The position numbers and the translations under genes are program-made. The notes beneath the pieces were generated by a model. That model saw only the letters and a list, made by a program, of their open reading frames with translations, ran no database searches and was not told the DNA's origin. DNA of 64,000 nt, taken from NCBI GenBank assembly GCA_965262715.1, contig OZ253553.1, positions 384,001 to 448,000 of the forward strand. The letters are read 5' to 3'. Positions within the stretch are counted from its first letter, which is position 1, and each line of letters starts with the position of its first letter. Of the stretch, positions 20,672-29,823 are shown one piece after another. This DNA is from Bdellovibrionales bacterium (GTDB lineage Bacteria > Bdellovibrionota > Bdellovibrionia > Bdellovibrionales > JAUICD01).

Positions 20672-20735
20672 GTCCTCTGCCGCTATTGAGAATGCCTACC
20701 ATAACTCTCTTATACATGTTTGTGCAACAAGCAAG
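20672..20735. repeat. Partial copy of the IS903-like MITE
   Basis: Reverse complement of ~36387-36450 (ATAACTCTC..TACATGTTTGTGCAACAAG). Confidence 0.7.
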
Positions 20736-20746
20736 GCTCTTGTAAA

Positions 20747-21691
20747 TTATATTTTTGTAGATAAGCTTTTTGTTTCTGTTATTTTTTGATACATTAAGCC
20801 TCCAACAAGACCTGAAGCAAAACCTCCAAGATGTGCCGTATGGGCAATATAAACAAATCCTGGTAAGGTGCTAAGATATCCTGAGATATCTGTCAGTAAC
20901 CACACTCCTATAAATAACCATGTTGGAAGAAAAATCCATCTCCACCATCCTTGTATGGGTAAAATGCCTAGTAATAACCTTACAGGCTGTCGAAAGCACA
21001 GCACAGCAAATATTCCAATAAGAGCATTGATGGAAGCGCTTGCTCCGATCAAGGGAGAAAAAGACAAACTTGATATTTTAGCAAATGTTATAGCTCCTAC
21101 ACATCCTCCTAATAAGTAATTGAATAAGAAAAAAAGATGACCAATGAGTGGCTCTAAAAATCCTCCAAAAATTAGTAAAAACCAGCAATTAAATAACAAA
21201 TGCAAGATGTTTCCATGAATGAATTGATAGCTTAAAAAATGGTACCATTCTTGATTTTTAACAGAAAGTCCAAAATAGAAGCTAGGAGCTTTTTCTTTTT
21301 GCTTAAGATATATATCTAATTTTTGATTCCAATAATCATTTTCTACTTCATCTTTAGATGAAAATAAATCTCTTGCTTTCAAAAATGACCAATCTTGAAA
21401 AGCTAATTTTCCTAGTAGCGATGTCTGCTCTAATTGACCTGACAATGAGGCTGAAGCCATATCAAGTAAAAAGTTATCATACTCTTCTTCATTGTTGATT
21501 AAATGCTGTGTGTATGCTCTCCCTTGAGCTCTTATAAACGATTTATCGCTTAATAAAGATTTTTGAAAACTTTGTACCTTCGTCTCTTCTATTTTAAAAC
21601 ATGTAAAACAAGTTACATACAATAATACAAGTATCCATGTTATAGGGGCTTTCTTGAAAGAAGGTGGTCCAGATAAAAAAGGTAGGATCAT
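20747..21691 (-). CDS. Rhomboid-family intramembrane serine protease
   Basis: FIHGNILHLLFN, IGASAS, AHTAHLGG. Confidence 0.93.
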   Translation of the reverse strand: MILPFLSGPPSFKKAPITWILVLLYVTCFTCFKIEETKVQSFQKSLLSDKSFIRAQGRAYTQHLINNEEEYDNFLLDMASASLSGQLEQTSLLGKLAFQDWSFLKARDLFSSKDEVENDYWNQKLDIYLKQKEKAPSFYFGLSVKNQEWYHFLSYQFIHGNILHLLFNCWFLLIFGGFLEPLIGHLFFLFNYLLGGCVGAITFAKISSLSFSPLIGASASINALIGIFAVLCFRQPVRLLLGILPIQGWWRWIFLPTWLFIGVWLLTDISGYLSTLPGFVYIAHTAHLGGFASGLVGGLMYQKITETKSLSTKI

Positions 21692-23670
21692 TGCTGTCCA
21701 AACTTAGAGATTAAGGTTTCTTGAATATCTTGGAATTCTTCTTTTGAAGAGACATTAGCGATACTTCTTGTTGGAGATTTTGAATAAACTGGATAACTTT
21801 GATAAGAAAACTTTTGTTGATCATTGTTTTGATCATTGACTGTTCTTAGAATATCCCATGCCTCTTTTTCTTGACCTATTTTATAAGAAGCAATGATGAG
21901 GTTTTGTGTTAGTTTTTGATTATAGGGATCCATTTCAAAGAGCTGATTTCCAATACGGGTTGCTAATATGAGATTGTTCATTTCAAAGGATTTATTGAAA
22001 AGCATAAGTCCCAATGTTCTAGCGTTCCAAGTTGAAACATCAGCTTTAAACCAGTCTTCTGCTAAATCATTGATATCTAAAGGACTGTCTGTAATAAATG
22101 CTAAAAGTTCTTTAGCTTCTTCAAAATAAGGTGAATTGTGTTGAATATAGTTTCCTTCAGAAGCATTTTTTTGTTCTTGAATTAAGCCTTTAAGTATAGC
22201 TTTTGACTCTTTAACTTTTCTTTCTTTTATCAGTCTCATTGCGCGTACTAATTGAAGAGCAGGCATTTCTATCATTTCATCTTCTAGCGCTATATAGTCT
22301 AATTTATCTCTTTGACTACAAATATTAATTTTAATATAGGCCAGAGAGTAAAGGTTATTTTCTAAAAGTAAAGGATCATTTTTCACTGTGCTAGCAAAAT
22401 CTTGGCAATTAGATATAACTTCATTTGTACAGGTTTCCTTAAGTTGTTGCAAACAGTACCAGCTTGATAACTTTAATATATCTTGTGTAGATAAAACTTG
22501 AATAGCAGATTGAAAGGCCACATGTGCTTCTTTTTTTCTTCTTAAGCCCCAAAGTGCTGCTACTCTGTGAGACATAAGATACTCTTTCAGTGGTTTAATA
22601 TGCCAAAGCTGTTGAATAATTTCTTCTTCTGCTTCAAACTCTTTAACTCTTTCAAAGTGCTTTATAGCCCATACTTTCATAAAGCTTTTTGTTTTTTGAT
22701 AATCTAAAGTGCGAAATTTCTGACTTGCTTCTTCCCATTTTTTTTGAGACCATAAATTGACAATTTGACCTAATTGACAGGCTTGACCATCTGAAGATAC
22801 TTCACAGGCTTTTTTTAAGTACTTATCAGATAGTAAAGGCTGATCATCAGAAGTAATAAAAGCATTAGCTAAGTAAGCCATATCTAGGTTTTCGTTGTTA
22901 TAAAAGGCATGCTGAGTTTCTAAATCTAGACATTGATGGTCTATCAAGTAGGCACTATGAAGTGTGAGTGCTATTTCTAGGCGTGATGTTGGATCTTCAT
23001 CATAATTGTAAGGCCATGTACTTTCTAGATCAGTGACCTTATCACAGTAAACTTTATTAGATTCTAAAAGTTTTGATATGCTTGCTTTTTCTTCACTCTT
23101 TTTTATGATTTGATAAGGATAGAAAGTTAACAGAAAAATAATGGAGCATGTAAAGGTGAGAACAATAAATTGCCCAAAAATACTTACTAGTAAAGGTGGA
23201 GCTGGAGTAAATCGGCCTCGTGTAGAGATCACAATAGATTCAGCAATGCGATCGTAAATAGGTCTTCTTTGGTGGTGAAAAAAAATGGCGAGATGAGGTA
23301 TATAGAGTAAAAAAGTACATAGGAGCCAGAAAAACTCTCTTATAATAACATTAAAAGTACTTAGAGGTTGGCCAGACCAAACATTTACCACTTGCAGTCC
23401 GGTAAGTAATTTTCCAGGGGTGCCTCCTTTTATTATTGTGAAAATGGTTCTATATAAAAATGCTAAAACAATTGAAAGTAAAATAGCTAAAAAGATTGTG
23501 ATGAGTAATGAATGGCCCTGTTGAGTAAACTTGAATATTAAAATATATTTTCTTATGGGGGATAAAAATAGACCAAAGATAGTCGCTAAAAAAATAAAGT
23601 CTATTATAAAAGCAATATAACGATCTTTGATACATGCCGGCTTATTGGTTAATAAATTTGGATTGTCCAT
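21688..23670 (-). CDS. RDD-family membrane protein with long helical/TPR-like C-terminus
   Basis: RYIAFIIDF, GGTPGKLLTGLQVV, RPIYDRIAES; ATGA overlap with rhomboid. Confidence 0.85.
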   Translation of the reverse strand: MDNPNLLTNKPACIKDRYIAFIIDFIFLATIFGLFLSPIRKYILIFKFTQQGHSLLITIFLAILLSIVLAFLYRTIFTIIKGGTPGKLLTGLQVVNVWSGQPLSTFNVIIREFFWLLCTFLLYIPHLAIFFHHQRRPIYDRIAESIVISTRGRFTPAPPLLVSIFGQFIVLTFTCSIIFLLTFYPYQIIKKSEEKASISKLLESNKVYCDKVTDLESTWPYNYDEDPTSRLEIALTLHSAYLIDHQCLDLETQHAFYNNENLDMAYLANAFITSDDQPLLSDKYLKKACEVSSDGQACQLGQIVNLWSQKKWEEASQKFRTLDYQKTKSFMKVWAIKHFERVKEFEAEEEIIQQLWHIKPLKEYLMSHRVAALWGLRRKKEAHVAFQSAIQVLSTQDILKLSSWYCLQQLKETCTNEVISNCQDFASTVKNDPLLLENNLYSLAYIKINICSQRDKLDYIALEDEMIEMPALQLVRAMRLIKERKVKESKAILKGLIQEQKNASEGNYIQHNSPYFEEAKELLAFITDSPLDINDLAEDWFKADVSTWNARTLGLMLFNKSFEMNNLILATRIGNQLFEMDPYNQKLTQNLIIASYKIGQEKEAWDILRTVNDQNNDQQKFSYQSYPVYSKSPTRSIANVSSKEEFQDIQETLISKFGQQ

Positions 23671-23701
23671 GATATATTATTTCGGTTGATTTTAAATTGA
23701 A

Positions 23702-25090
23702 CTGTATCCCTAAAAATAGTCTCGCCTCTGGCGACTTTCTGGCATTGCCCTCAGACGTGCTTACGCCGTCTGGCAAATAGGGCAATGCCTAGAAAGCCTG
23801 ACTATTTTTAGGGGGGAGACTCTCTTCGTTTCTTTACATCATGTTAAGGAAATCGTACTGTATATTCCCTAAAATGAACTGGCCTCTGTTCCACTAAAAT
23901 GCATCTCGCCTCTGGCTACTTTCTGGTGATAACCCTGATGGCTCCATCAGAAAATGGTTATCACCTAGAAAGCTTGATGCATTTTAGTAGAGAGGATATC
24001 TTCACTCTCTTACAACATGTTAGGGAAATTATTATTGTTTGTTAGTTAGCCTGAAGACTTGCGTCTTCAGAAAATGGCTTACTGCCTAGAAAGCCTGACT
24101 ATTTTTAGGGGGGAGACTCTCTTCGTTTCTTTACATCATGTTAAGGAAATCGTACTGTATATTCCCTAAAATGAACTGGCCTCTGTTCCACTAAAATGCA
24201 TCTCGCCTCTGGCTACTTTCTGGTGATAACCCTGATGGCTCCATCAGAAAATGGTTATCACCTAGAAAGCTTGATGCATTTTAGTAGAGAGGATATCTTC
24301 ACTCTCTTACAACATGTTAGGGAAATTATTATTGTTTGTTAGTTAGCCTGAAGACTTGCGTCTTCAGAAAATGGCTTACTGCCTAGAAAGCCTGACTATT
24401 TTTAAGGGGGAGACTCTCTTCGTTTCTTTACATCATGTTAAGGAAATCGTACTGTATATTCCCTAAAATGAACTGGCCTCTGTTCCACTAAAATGCATCT
24501 CGCCTCTGTTCCACTAAAATGCATCTCGCCTCTGGCTACTTTCTGGTGATAACCCTGATGGCTCCATCAGAAAATGGTTATCACCTAGAAAGCTTGATGC
24601 ATTTTAGTAGAGAGGATATCTTCACTCTCTTACAACATGTTAGGGAAATTATTATTGTTTGTTAGTTAGCCTGAAGACTTGCGTCTTCAGCAAATGGCTT
24701 ACTGCCTAGAAAGCCTGATGCATTTTAGTAGAAAGGATCTCTTCACTCTCTTACAACATGTTAGGGAAATTATTGTTGTTTGTTAGTTAGCCTGAAGGCT
24801 TACGCTATGGAATATATTCCCTTCAAGAAAATGCTGATTGCCTCAAAAACCTGTTCATTTTTAGGAGGGAGACTCTCTTCGTTTCTTTACATCATGTTAA
24901 GGAAATCGTACTGTATATTCCCTAAAAATAAACCTGCCTCTGTTTCACTAAAATGCATCTGACCTTTCGAGGCGAGCCTCTGGTCACTTTCTGGCAGTAA
25001 GCCTGAAGACTCACGCTACGGGATATATCCCCTTCAAGAAAATGCTGACTATCCAAAAACTGCTAGAAGCAGGTTCATTTTTAGGGAAAT
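23702..25090. repeat. Family-A element array; 297-bp unit x ~3.5 plus variants
   Basis: CCTAGAAAGCCTGA at 23788, 24085, 24382, 24705 (last interval +26-bp internal duplication). Confidence 0.95.
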
Positions 25091-25241
25091 GAAATAGATG
25101 CAAAAATTCAAGTTACAGATGCCCAGATATTTTGATTCCGGGTACAGTATGCCAGAGTGCCGGGTTGCCAGATTCCGGAAAAAAAGGATGCTTAAGTAGT
25201 TATGAACTATAATAAATTCATAGTTTTTGAGATAGTTCGGG

Positions 25242-26465
25242 TTACTCTATTATAAAGTCAGCTGTACCATTAAGTTGTGATCGTTTTCTGAGATACTGCC
25301 TGTGAACCATATCAAAGATATTATTGTTTGAAAGACCAATAAGATCATCTCCATATTGCTTTGATAACATTTTCAACTCATTATTTGAATCTGATGAACC
25401 TGAGCTTAAGCCTCTTATGTTTTGTAGTTTTTGTTGATTATTTAAGATATCTTGGAAACTTGGAGGCCGCCAATCTGAACTAAAAGATGAAGTGGTATAA
25501 CCATTACCATTGATGCCTTGGTTTTTTTGGATGTTAGTAATTCCATTTTCTTTTATACCTTTAACTTTTTGGTTTGCTATATTGTAGGGTGAGTTCTTAT
25601 CAGATTGAGCTTTTGCAGCTAGTCGTTTTGCTTTATTTTTTGCTGATTTGATAATTCCAGCTATTTTAGCATTTCCTTGACGTATAGCTTGTCGTTCAAT
25701 CTTTTTTTCTTGTTTTTTAAACTCTTTAAACTTTTCAGGTGGAAGACCTAAAGCTTTGAACCCTTTTTTTGTAAAAATATCTTTTGCAGGTATGCTTTTG
25801 CCTCCAGGGAGGGTTACACGATTACTTTTTGGATCAAATGTATAACCTTTGCCTTTATAATATTCAGCATCTTTTTGAGTCTGTTGGTATATTTTCTCAA
25901 CATAATCATCAAGCTCTTGATCGATAAGAGATCTTTGTAGATCTTGCAAATTAATTGTTGCAAAATAACGTCTATCATCCCAGTCTCGTTGATTAAATTC
26001 ACCTGTGGATATAGAGGGGTCATAAGGTCTTGTATCTGTAAGTTGGTCTGCAGTTGCTATGGATACTTTTTCAGAAGCCCTATGGGATGAAGTTTGCGCA
26101 GTAAGTATAGGAGCTGCAGCTGCAGCTGCTGTTGGGCTCAGTCTTTTTAGTACTTCCCAATGTGCATAATTAATAGCTATGGCTTCGGTTATAGTTTTTA
26201 TTTGCTTGCTTGCACTGGTTTTGAAAGAGTCATCTTTTGACGTTTTATAAGGAGCTATTTTATTTAGCCAACGTGCATCGGGTGGTGGTGATTGACTAAT
26301 GGCAAAATTAGGAAGAAAACTTATAATTGTAATAGCAACTAAATGCGAGATATAAAAAAAGTAATGGCTTTTTAAAAAATGATGGTTGTTCATGTTATCC
26401 CTTCTTTGATAATTATTTTCCTTAAAATAAGGCCTTTGTGTTTTTCTTTTATACAAAAAAGTCAA
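25242..26465 (-). CDS. Secreted hypothetical protein (real start probably ~26393)
   Basis: Signal-like segment after MNNHH; C-terminal IG...NIFDMVHRQY motif similar to neighbour. Confidence 0.7.
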   Translation of the reverse strand: MTFLYKRKTQRPYFKENNYQRRDNMNNHHFLKSHYFFYISHLVAITIISFLPNFAISQSPPPDARWLNKIAPYKTSKDDSFKTSASKQIKTITEAIAINYAHWEVLKRLSPTAAAAAAPILTAQTSSHRASEKVSIATADQLTDTRPYDPSISTGEFNQRDWDDRRYFATINLQDLQRSLIDQELDDYVEKIYQQTQKDAEYYKGKGYTFDPKSNRVTLPGGKSIPAKDIFTKKGFKALGLPPEKFKEFKKQEKKIERQAIRQGNAKIAGIIKSAKNKAKRLAAKAQSDKNSPYNIANQKVKGIKENGITNIQKNQGINGNGYTTSSFSSDWRPPSFQDILNNQQKLQNIRGLSSGSSDSNNELKMLSKQYGDDLIGLSNNNIFDMVHRQYLRKRSQLNGTADFIIE

Positions 26466-26474
26466 AATGGATGT

Positions 26475-27998
26475 TTATTTAAACACGTTTTGACGCCTGT
26501 CATTCATAGCTCTTGAAACTTTTTGAAAGTTTGAAAGTCCATTAGCTGAAGTAATTTCATCAGCACCCCCAACTCCTGCTATGTTACGCCCTGTTTTATT
26601 TGCTTTTTTATCAAAAAGGTTTTTAGGTAGTGCAAAACTGTTAAGGTTTTTTCTAAGTCCAGTTCCTTTGTTTTTACCTTGATAGCCACTGCCACCAAAA
26701 CCGGAAGAAGCTCCACGAGAACTGCCTACATCTCCTAAAATAGCTGTGTCTATTCCAGGATCTACATTTTCTTCATAAGGACCTTCATCACCACCTTCTT
26801 CTTCTTCTCCACCGGCACCACCAAAGCCGCCGCCACCGCCTCCAAAACCGCCGCCACCGCCTCCTCCAGGAGTAGACGCCAGTGATGGTGAGCTTGGATT
26901 ACCACTATCACCATTTCCTGTGTACCCTGGTGGTGTAAGAAGCAGATCTTCTTCATCTTCGTGATCACTTGGATCAAAGGTGGGATTTGAAAGGCTTGCT
27001 GTTGAAAGTGCTTTATTTCTTCTGGGGTTGAAGTCAGGTGAGCCTGGGAGCTCTTGCCCAGGTGGAAAATTTGTAGGCTCTACTCCTAAACATTCCATAA
27101 GACGATCGCCAGCAAGTCCTGTACAAGGAGCCTCTGGTTGTTGTGCGCCTGTTATACATTCTGTAAGTTCTCTATTTACTTGCGCGCAAGAAGATCCACT
27201 TGCTCCTGAATTTGCTACACAGTCTTGACGTCTTTGACTGATTTCACCACAAGTACCTCCTCCTGCATTCTGATCAGGGCAATCTGCTGAATTTATCACT
27301 TGTACTAAATTAGTAATCACTGATGGTCCTCCTATCACAAGAGTCCAATTTCTTTTTGAGGCGCACTCATCAGCTAGATATTGTGCGTTTGGATCAAATG
27401 GAGCAGCAGCACTGCAAGCACTTGTACATTTTTTGAGAGCAACAAGGCAGAGACCAAGAGTTGTGGTATTGATTCCGAGTGCCCACTTGTTTAACTCCTT
27501 ATTTCTTTGACAGATAGCTTGTATATCACCAGTTGCCTCAGAACTTTTGAAGGCTTGAAGTGCGGCTATAATTGCTGGTGAAAATTGAGAGGCATTGCAG
27601 GTGGATTGCCATGCAGAGCTGTGAGCTGATTGACAAGCATTAATTTTCTCTTGTTGTTCTTTTATAGTAGCTTGTATAGTAGCTTGTTGTTCTGCAATTT
27701 CCTCATTAAGCCTTTGATTAAATATTTGGCAGTTAGAATCAGGAGGGCCTACAACATCAGGGTCCTGACTACTACAGTCAGGGTAAGCAGTATTTTGAGC
27801 TTGTACTGCTTCTTGTTGTTCTGTTGGTAGGGTACTTATTCTTGTACAAGCTTTGCTGTTTGATGGTAAGGAGTCATAATCTATAGGTTTGATAAAACCA
27901 GTGGGACAGGCTGCTAATACATTATTGATATTAAGGAAAAATGAAAAAAAGATCAAAACAGATAACAAATATATTTTTTGCTTACTTAATGTTTTCAT
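26475..27998 (-). CDS. Secreted Cys-rich / Gly-rich hypothetical protein
   Basis: Signal peptide VLA|A, paired Cys, poly-Gly tract, C-terminal GLSNFQKVSRAM. Confidence 0.8.
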   Translation of the reverse strand: MKTLSKQKIYLLSVLIFFSFFLNINNVLAACPTGFIKPIDYDSLPSNSKACTRISTLPTEQQEAVQAQNTAYPDCSSQDPDVVGPPDSNCQIFNQRLNEEIAEQQATIQATIKEQQEKINACQSAHSSAWQSTCNASQFSPAIIAALQAFKSSEATGDIQAICQRNKELNKWALGINTTTLGLCLVALKKCTSACSAAAPFDPNAQYLADECASKRNWTLVIGGPSVITNLVQVINSADCPDQNAGGGTCGEISQRRQDCVANSGASGSSCAQVNRELTECITGAQQPEAPCTGLAGDRLMECLGVEPTNFPPGQELPGSPDFNPRRNKALSTASLSNPTFDPSDHEDEEDLLLTPPGYTGNGDSGNPSSPSLASTPGGGGGGGFGGGGGGFGGAGGEEEEGGDEGPYEENVDPGIDTAILGDVGSSRGASSGFGGSGYQGKNKGTGLRKNLNSFALPKNLFDKKANKTGRNIAGVGGADEITSANGLSNFQKVSRAMNDRRQNVFK

Positions 27999-28149
27999 TA
28001 ATAAGAACCCCTTCTTTCTAAGATAAAATCAAATCATTCCCTATTTAAAAATAATGCAAAGATTATGCCTTTTGCTTTAAATGCAAAGGAAGTGCTTTTA
28101 TGTGTTAGAAAACTGGATAGGTGTAAAAAGAGTTGACAGTTTATTTATC

Positions 28150-28330
28150 AGGCAATCGGGCATTCCGGCAGTCAGTTCCCGGGAGCAGTTGCCAGAATGC
28201 CGGATTGCCAGAATCCCGGCAAACTGGCAATTTGTATCTAGTATCATAATGTCAAAATACAAAATGTTACTTAATGTCTCAATGTATAACGGACTCTGCT
28301 GCCGGTAAACTAATTGCCGGGCTGCCGGAT
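28150..28330. repeat. Family-C 8-9-bp periodic GC-rich repeats (TGCCGG/TCCCGG/TGCCAG)
   Basis: Same motifs at ~3545-3608, 6895-6930, 7280-7338, 17572-17605, 25120-25178, 33775-33802, 58310-58336. Confidence 0.75.
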
Positions 28331-28458
28331 GTTAAATATAAGATATAGAATCCATTCTGAACACATTAGGTTATATTTTTGACTCAAAAAAAATCATAAT
28401 TTGTCTCATGTTATTTAAAACTTTAGCCGAAGTTTATTTATACAATCTTTAATTAATA

Positions 28459-29796
28459 CGTAACTTCAAATCGCAAGTGCAACTCTTTTGTGTTTATAGA
28501 TATTTTTAAAAGTTGTATCATTTTAAGATTAATATTTCAACAAAGTTTTAATTATCATGAAAGATTATAGTAAATTATTTAATTTGAATGAATGTATTTT
28601 GATGTTTATGGCAAAGTCTCGTAGTCCTCGAGCTAAAGCTCTGCGGAAGAACGATCCTTTGCCATAAACATCAAGCTGTCAAATAAGCATCTTCAGAAGT
28701 TATTATATATAAGTAAAATTAAATGGATAAACTATGAATAACTTCAGCAAACCATCTTTTGTCTATGAAACTCATTAGGGGTTAGAAAGCCTAAACTTTT
28801 TCGAGGGCGATGGTTTAAAAGAGACTCAACCTTTTTTACATCCTTAGAGGTGACTTCTCTAAAATCTGTCTTCTTTGGAAAATACTGACGGATTAAACCA
28901 TTCGTGTTCTCATTTAAACCTCTCTCATATGAACTGTAAGGATGTGCAAAATAAACTTTACATCCAGTATATTCACTGATCTTCTCATGACACGAAAACT
29001 CTTTACCATTATCCAAAGTCATTGTATGAACAACCTCTCCTTTAAGAGCTTTAGAAATAGCATGAAAAACTGCCTCAGATCTCTTAGATGCTATTTTGAC
29101 AATCCTCGTCTTCTTAGAACATCTATCTACCAGCGTGACTAAAGCTCCTTTATGATGTCTACCTATCATTAGATCACCTTCCCAGTCTCCTATCCGAAGC
29201 TTCTTATCTACTATCTTAGGCTTTTTATCAATGCTCACTCTATTCTTTATCTGACCCCTTTTATCAAATCTACTTGTACCATATCGCTTCTTCCGTTGCC
29301 TCTGACATCTTAAAAATTTGTAGAGATCTCCTCCTGATTGCTTATCTCCAAGAATATGCTGATAAATACTCTCATGACTTATAGACAAACCTTTTGGTTT
29401 AAGAAAACCGGATATCTGTTCCGGACTCAAACGATCACGAAGAAACCTCTCAAGCTTATTAATGACTTTTTGTGTTATCTTTATATGTCTATGAGAGTTT
29501 TGAAGACGATCGACTGCTTTTTCATGGGCTTGTTGAGGACGATAACCTCGCAAGCCTTTGTTACGATTCAATTCCCTATATATGGTGCTTTTATCTCGAC
29601 CTACCTGAGTAGCAATTGAACTTATTGATTTTCCACTTTGCAAAAAAGCTAAAATCTGGTATCTCTCATGTTGGGTTAGATGAGTGTAATTGCTCATGGA
29701 ATACTCCTTTCATTATTTAAAGAGATTGATTAGAGTATTCCTCTAACCCGCTTTAAATAACTATGCAAGGAGTTGCACTTACAACTTGAATCCACC
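28459..29796 (-). mobile_element. IS30-family element, copy 2 (TSD ATA)
   Basis: Same TIRs and length as copy 1; ATA|...|ATA. Confidence 0.97.
28744..29697 (-). CDS. IS30-family transposase
   Basis: Near-identical to 15968-16921. Confidence 0.98.
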   Translation of the reverse strand: MSNYTHLTQHERYQILAFLQSGKSISSIATQVGRDKSTIYRELNRNKGLRGYRPQQAHEKAVDRLQNSHRHIKITQKVINKLERFLRDRLSPEQISGFLKPKGLSISHESIYQHILGDKQSGGDLYKFLRCQRQRKKRYGTSRFDKRGQIKNRVSIDKKPKIVDKKLRIGDWEGDLMIGRHHKGALVTLVDRCSKKTRIVKIASKRSEAVFHAISKALKGEVVHTMTLDNGKEFSCHEKISEYTGCKVYFAHPYSSYERGLNENTNGLIRQYFPKKTDFREVTSKDVKKVESLLNHRPRKSLGFLTPNEFHRQKMVC

Positions 29797-29823
29797 ATAT
29801 CAAAAAAGTACAGGTCGTTATTT

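Noticed and set aside
23702..25090. CRISPR array (also considered for 2412-3299, 37337-38143, 50584-50943)
   Set aside because: Units are 156-297 bp and repeat in full; no unique spacers and no cas genes
28081..28308. 75-aa ORF (similarly 6926-7132 and 24780-24962)
   Set aside because: Lies over family-A/C non-coding repeats
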